Positions 64,000-64,000 of a stretch of 64,000 nucleotides of DNA are shown here, piece after piece. Position numbers and translations under genes: made by a program. Numbering within the stretch: position 1 is the stretch's first letter; every line of letters begins with the position of its first letter. The notes beneath the pieces were generated by a model. The model was not told where the DNA came from and ran no database searches. It saw nothing but the letters and a program-made list of their open reading frames with translations. This stretch comes from Candidatus Latescibacterota bacterium. GTDB lineage: Bacteria; Latescibacterota; UBA2968; UBA8231. Where the stretch lies: contig OZ242005.1 in the NCBI GenBank assembly GCA_965204725.1, forward strand, positions 160,001-224,000. The letters run 5' to 3'.

Positions 64000-64000
64000 T

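Noticed and set aside
1-64000. Stop-codon reassignment suggested by frequent TAG
   Set aside because: TAG codons terminate genes at expected domain ends; no read-through pattern.

Overview
GC-rich (roughly 63% by eye) bacterial chromosomal window. Gene content suggests an FCB-group organism of the Latescibacterota/Gemmatimonadota type seen in sponge metagenomes; this is inference, based on the FlgD-Ig/T9SS-like C-terminal domains, Calx-beta/He_PIG Ig repeats, FG-GAP/ASPIC proteins, DUF6785-type membrane proteins and many sugar-acid enzymes. Backbone: an outer-membrane operon (CotH kinase, TonB receptor, DUF4249 lipoprotein, beta-barrel, FG-GAP), a GGT plus two tandem membrane transporters, two sugar ABC systems with dehydratases, oxidoreductases and aldolases, an aquaporin, and a large envelope operon at the right end. 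Stand-alone nuclease/ATPase genes are interspersed (AAA-DUF4143, Uma2, AAA-PD-(D/E)XK, Schlafen/AlbA_2-HATPase, Rpn with an internal Rpn-S start), together with several REP/MITE families. No rRNA, tRNA, CRISPR array, integrase, IS transposase or reverse transcriptase was recognised. The most unusual signal surrounds three Ig-repeat surface-protein genes. One (46992-49403) is an apparently promoterless cassette bracketed by a 49-bp direct repeat of the neighbouring gene's 3' end, with a 3x28-bp frame-controlling repeat in its signal peptide. A second (12497-15533) is a framework/low-GC-insert mosaic broken only at G/C homopolymers, preceded by a palindrome plus C26 tract, and bracketed by a 38-bp direct repeat from near another gene's 3' end. 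The third is an inverted paralog with module copy-number expansions. Together they suggest an adhesin mobilisation/diversification system with no linked recombinase. CCWGG also appears strongly depleted, with CTWGG/CCWAG in excess.
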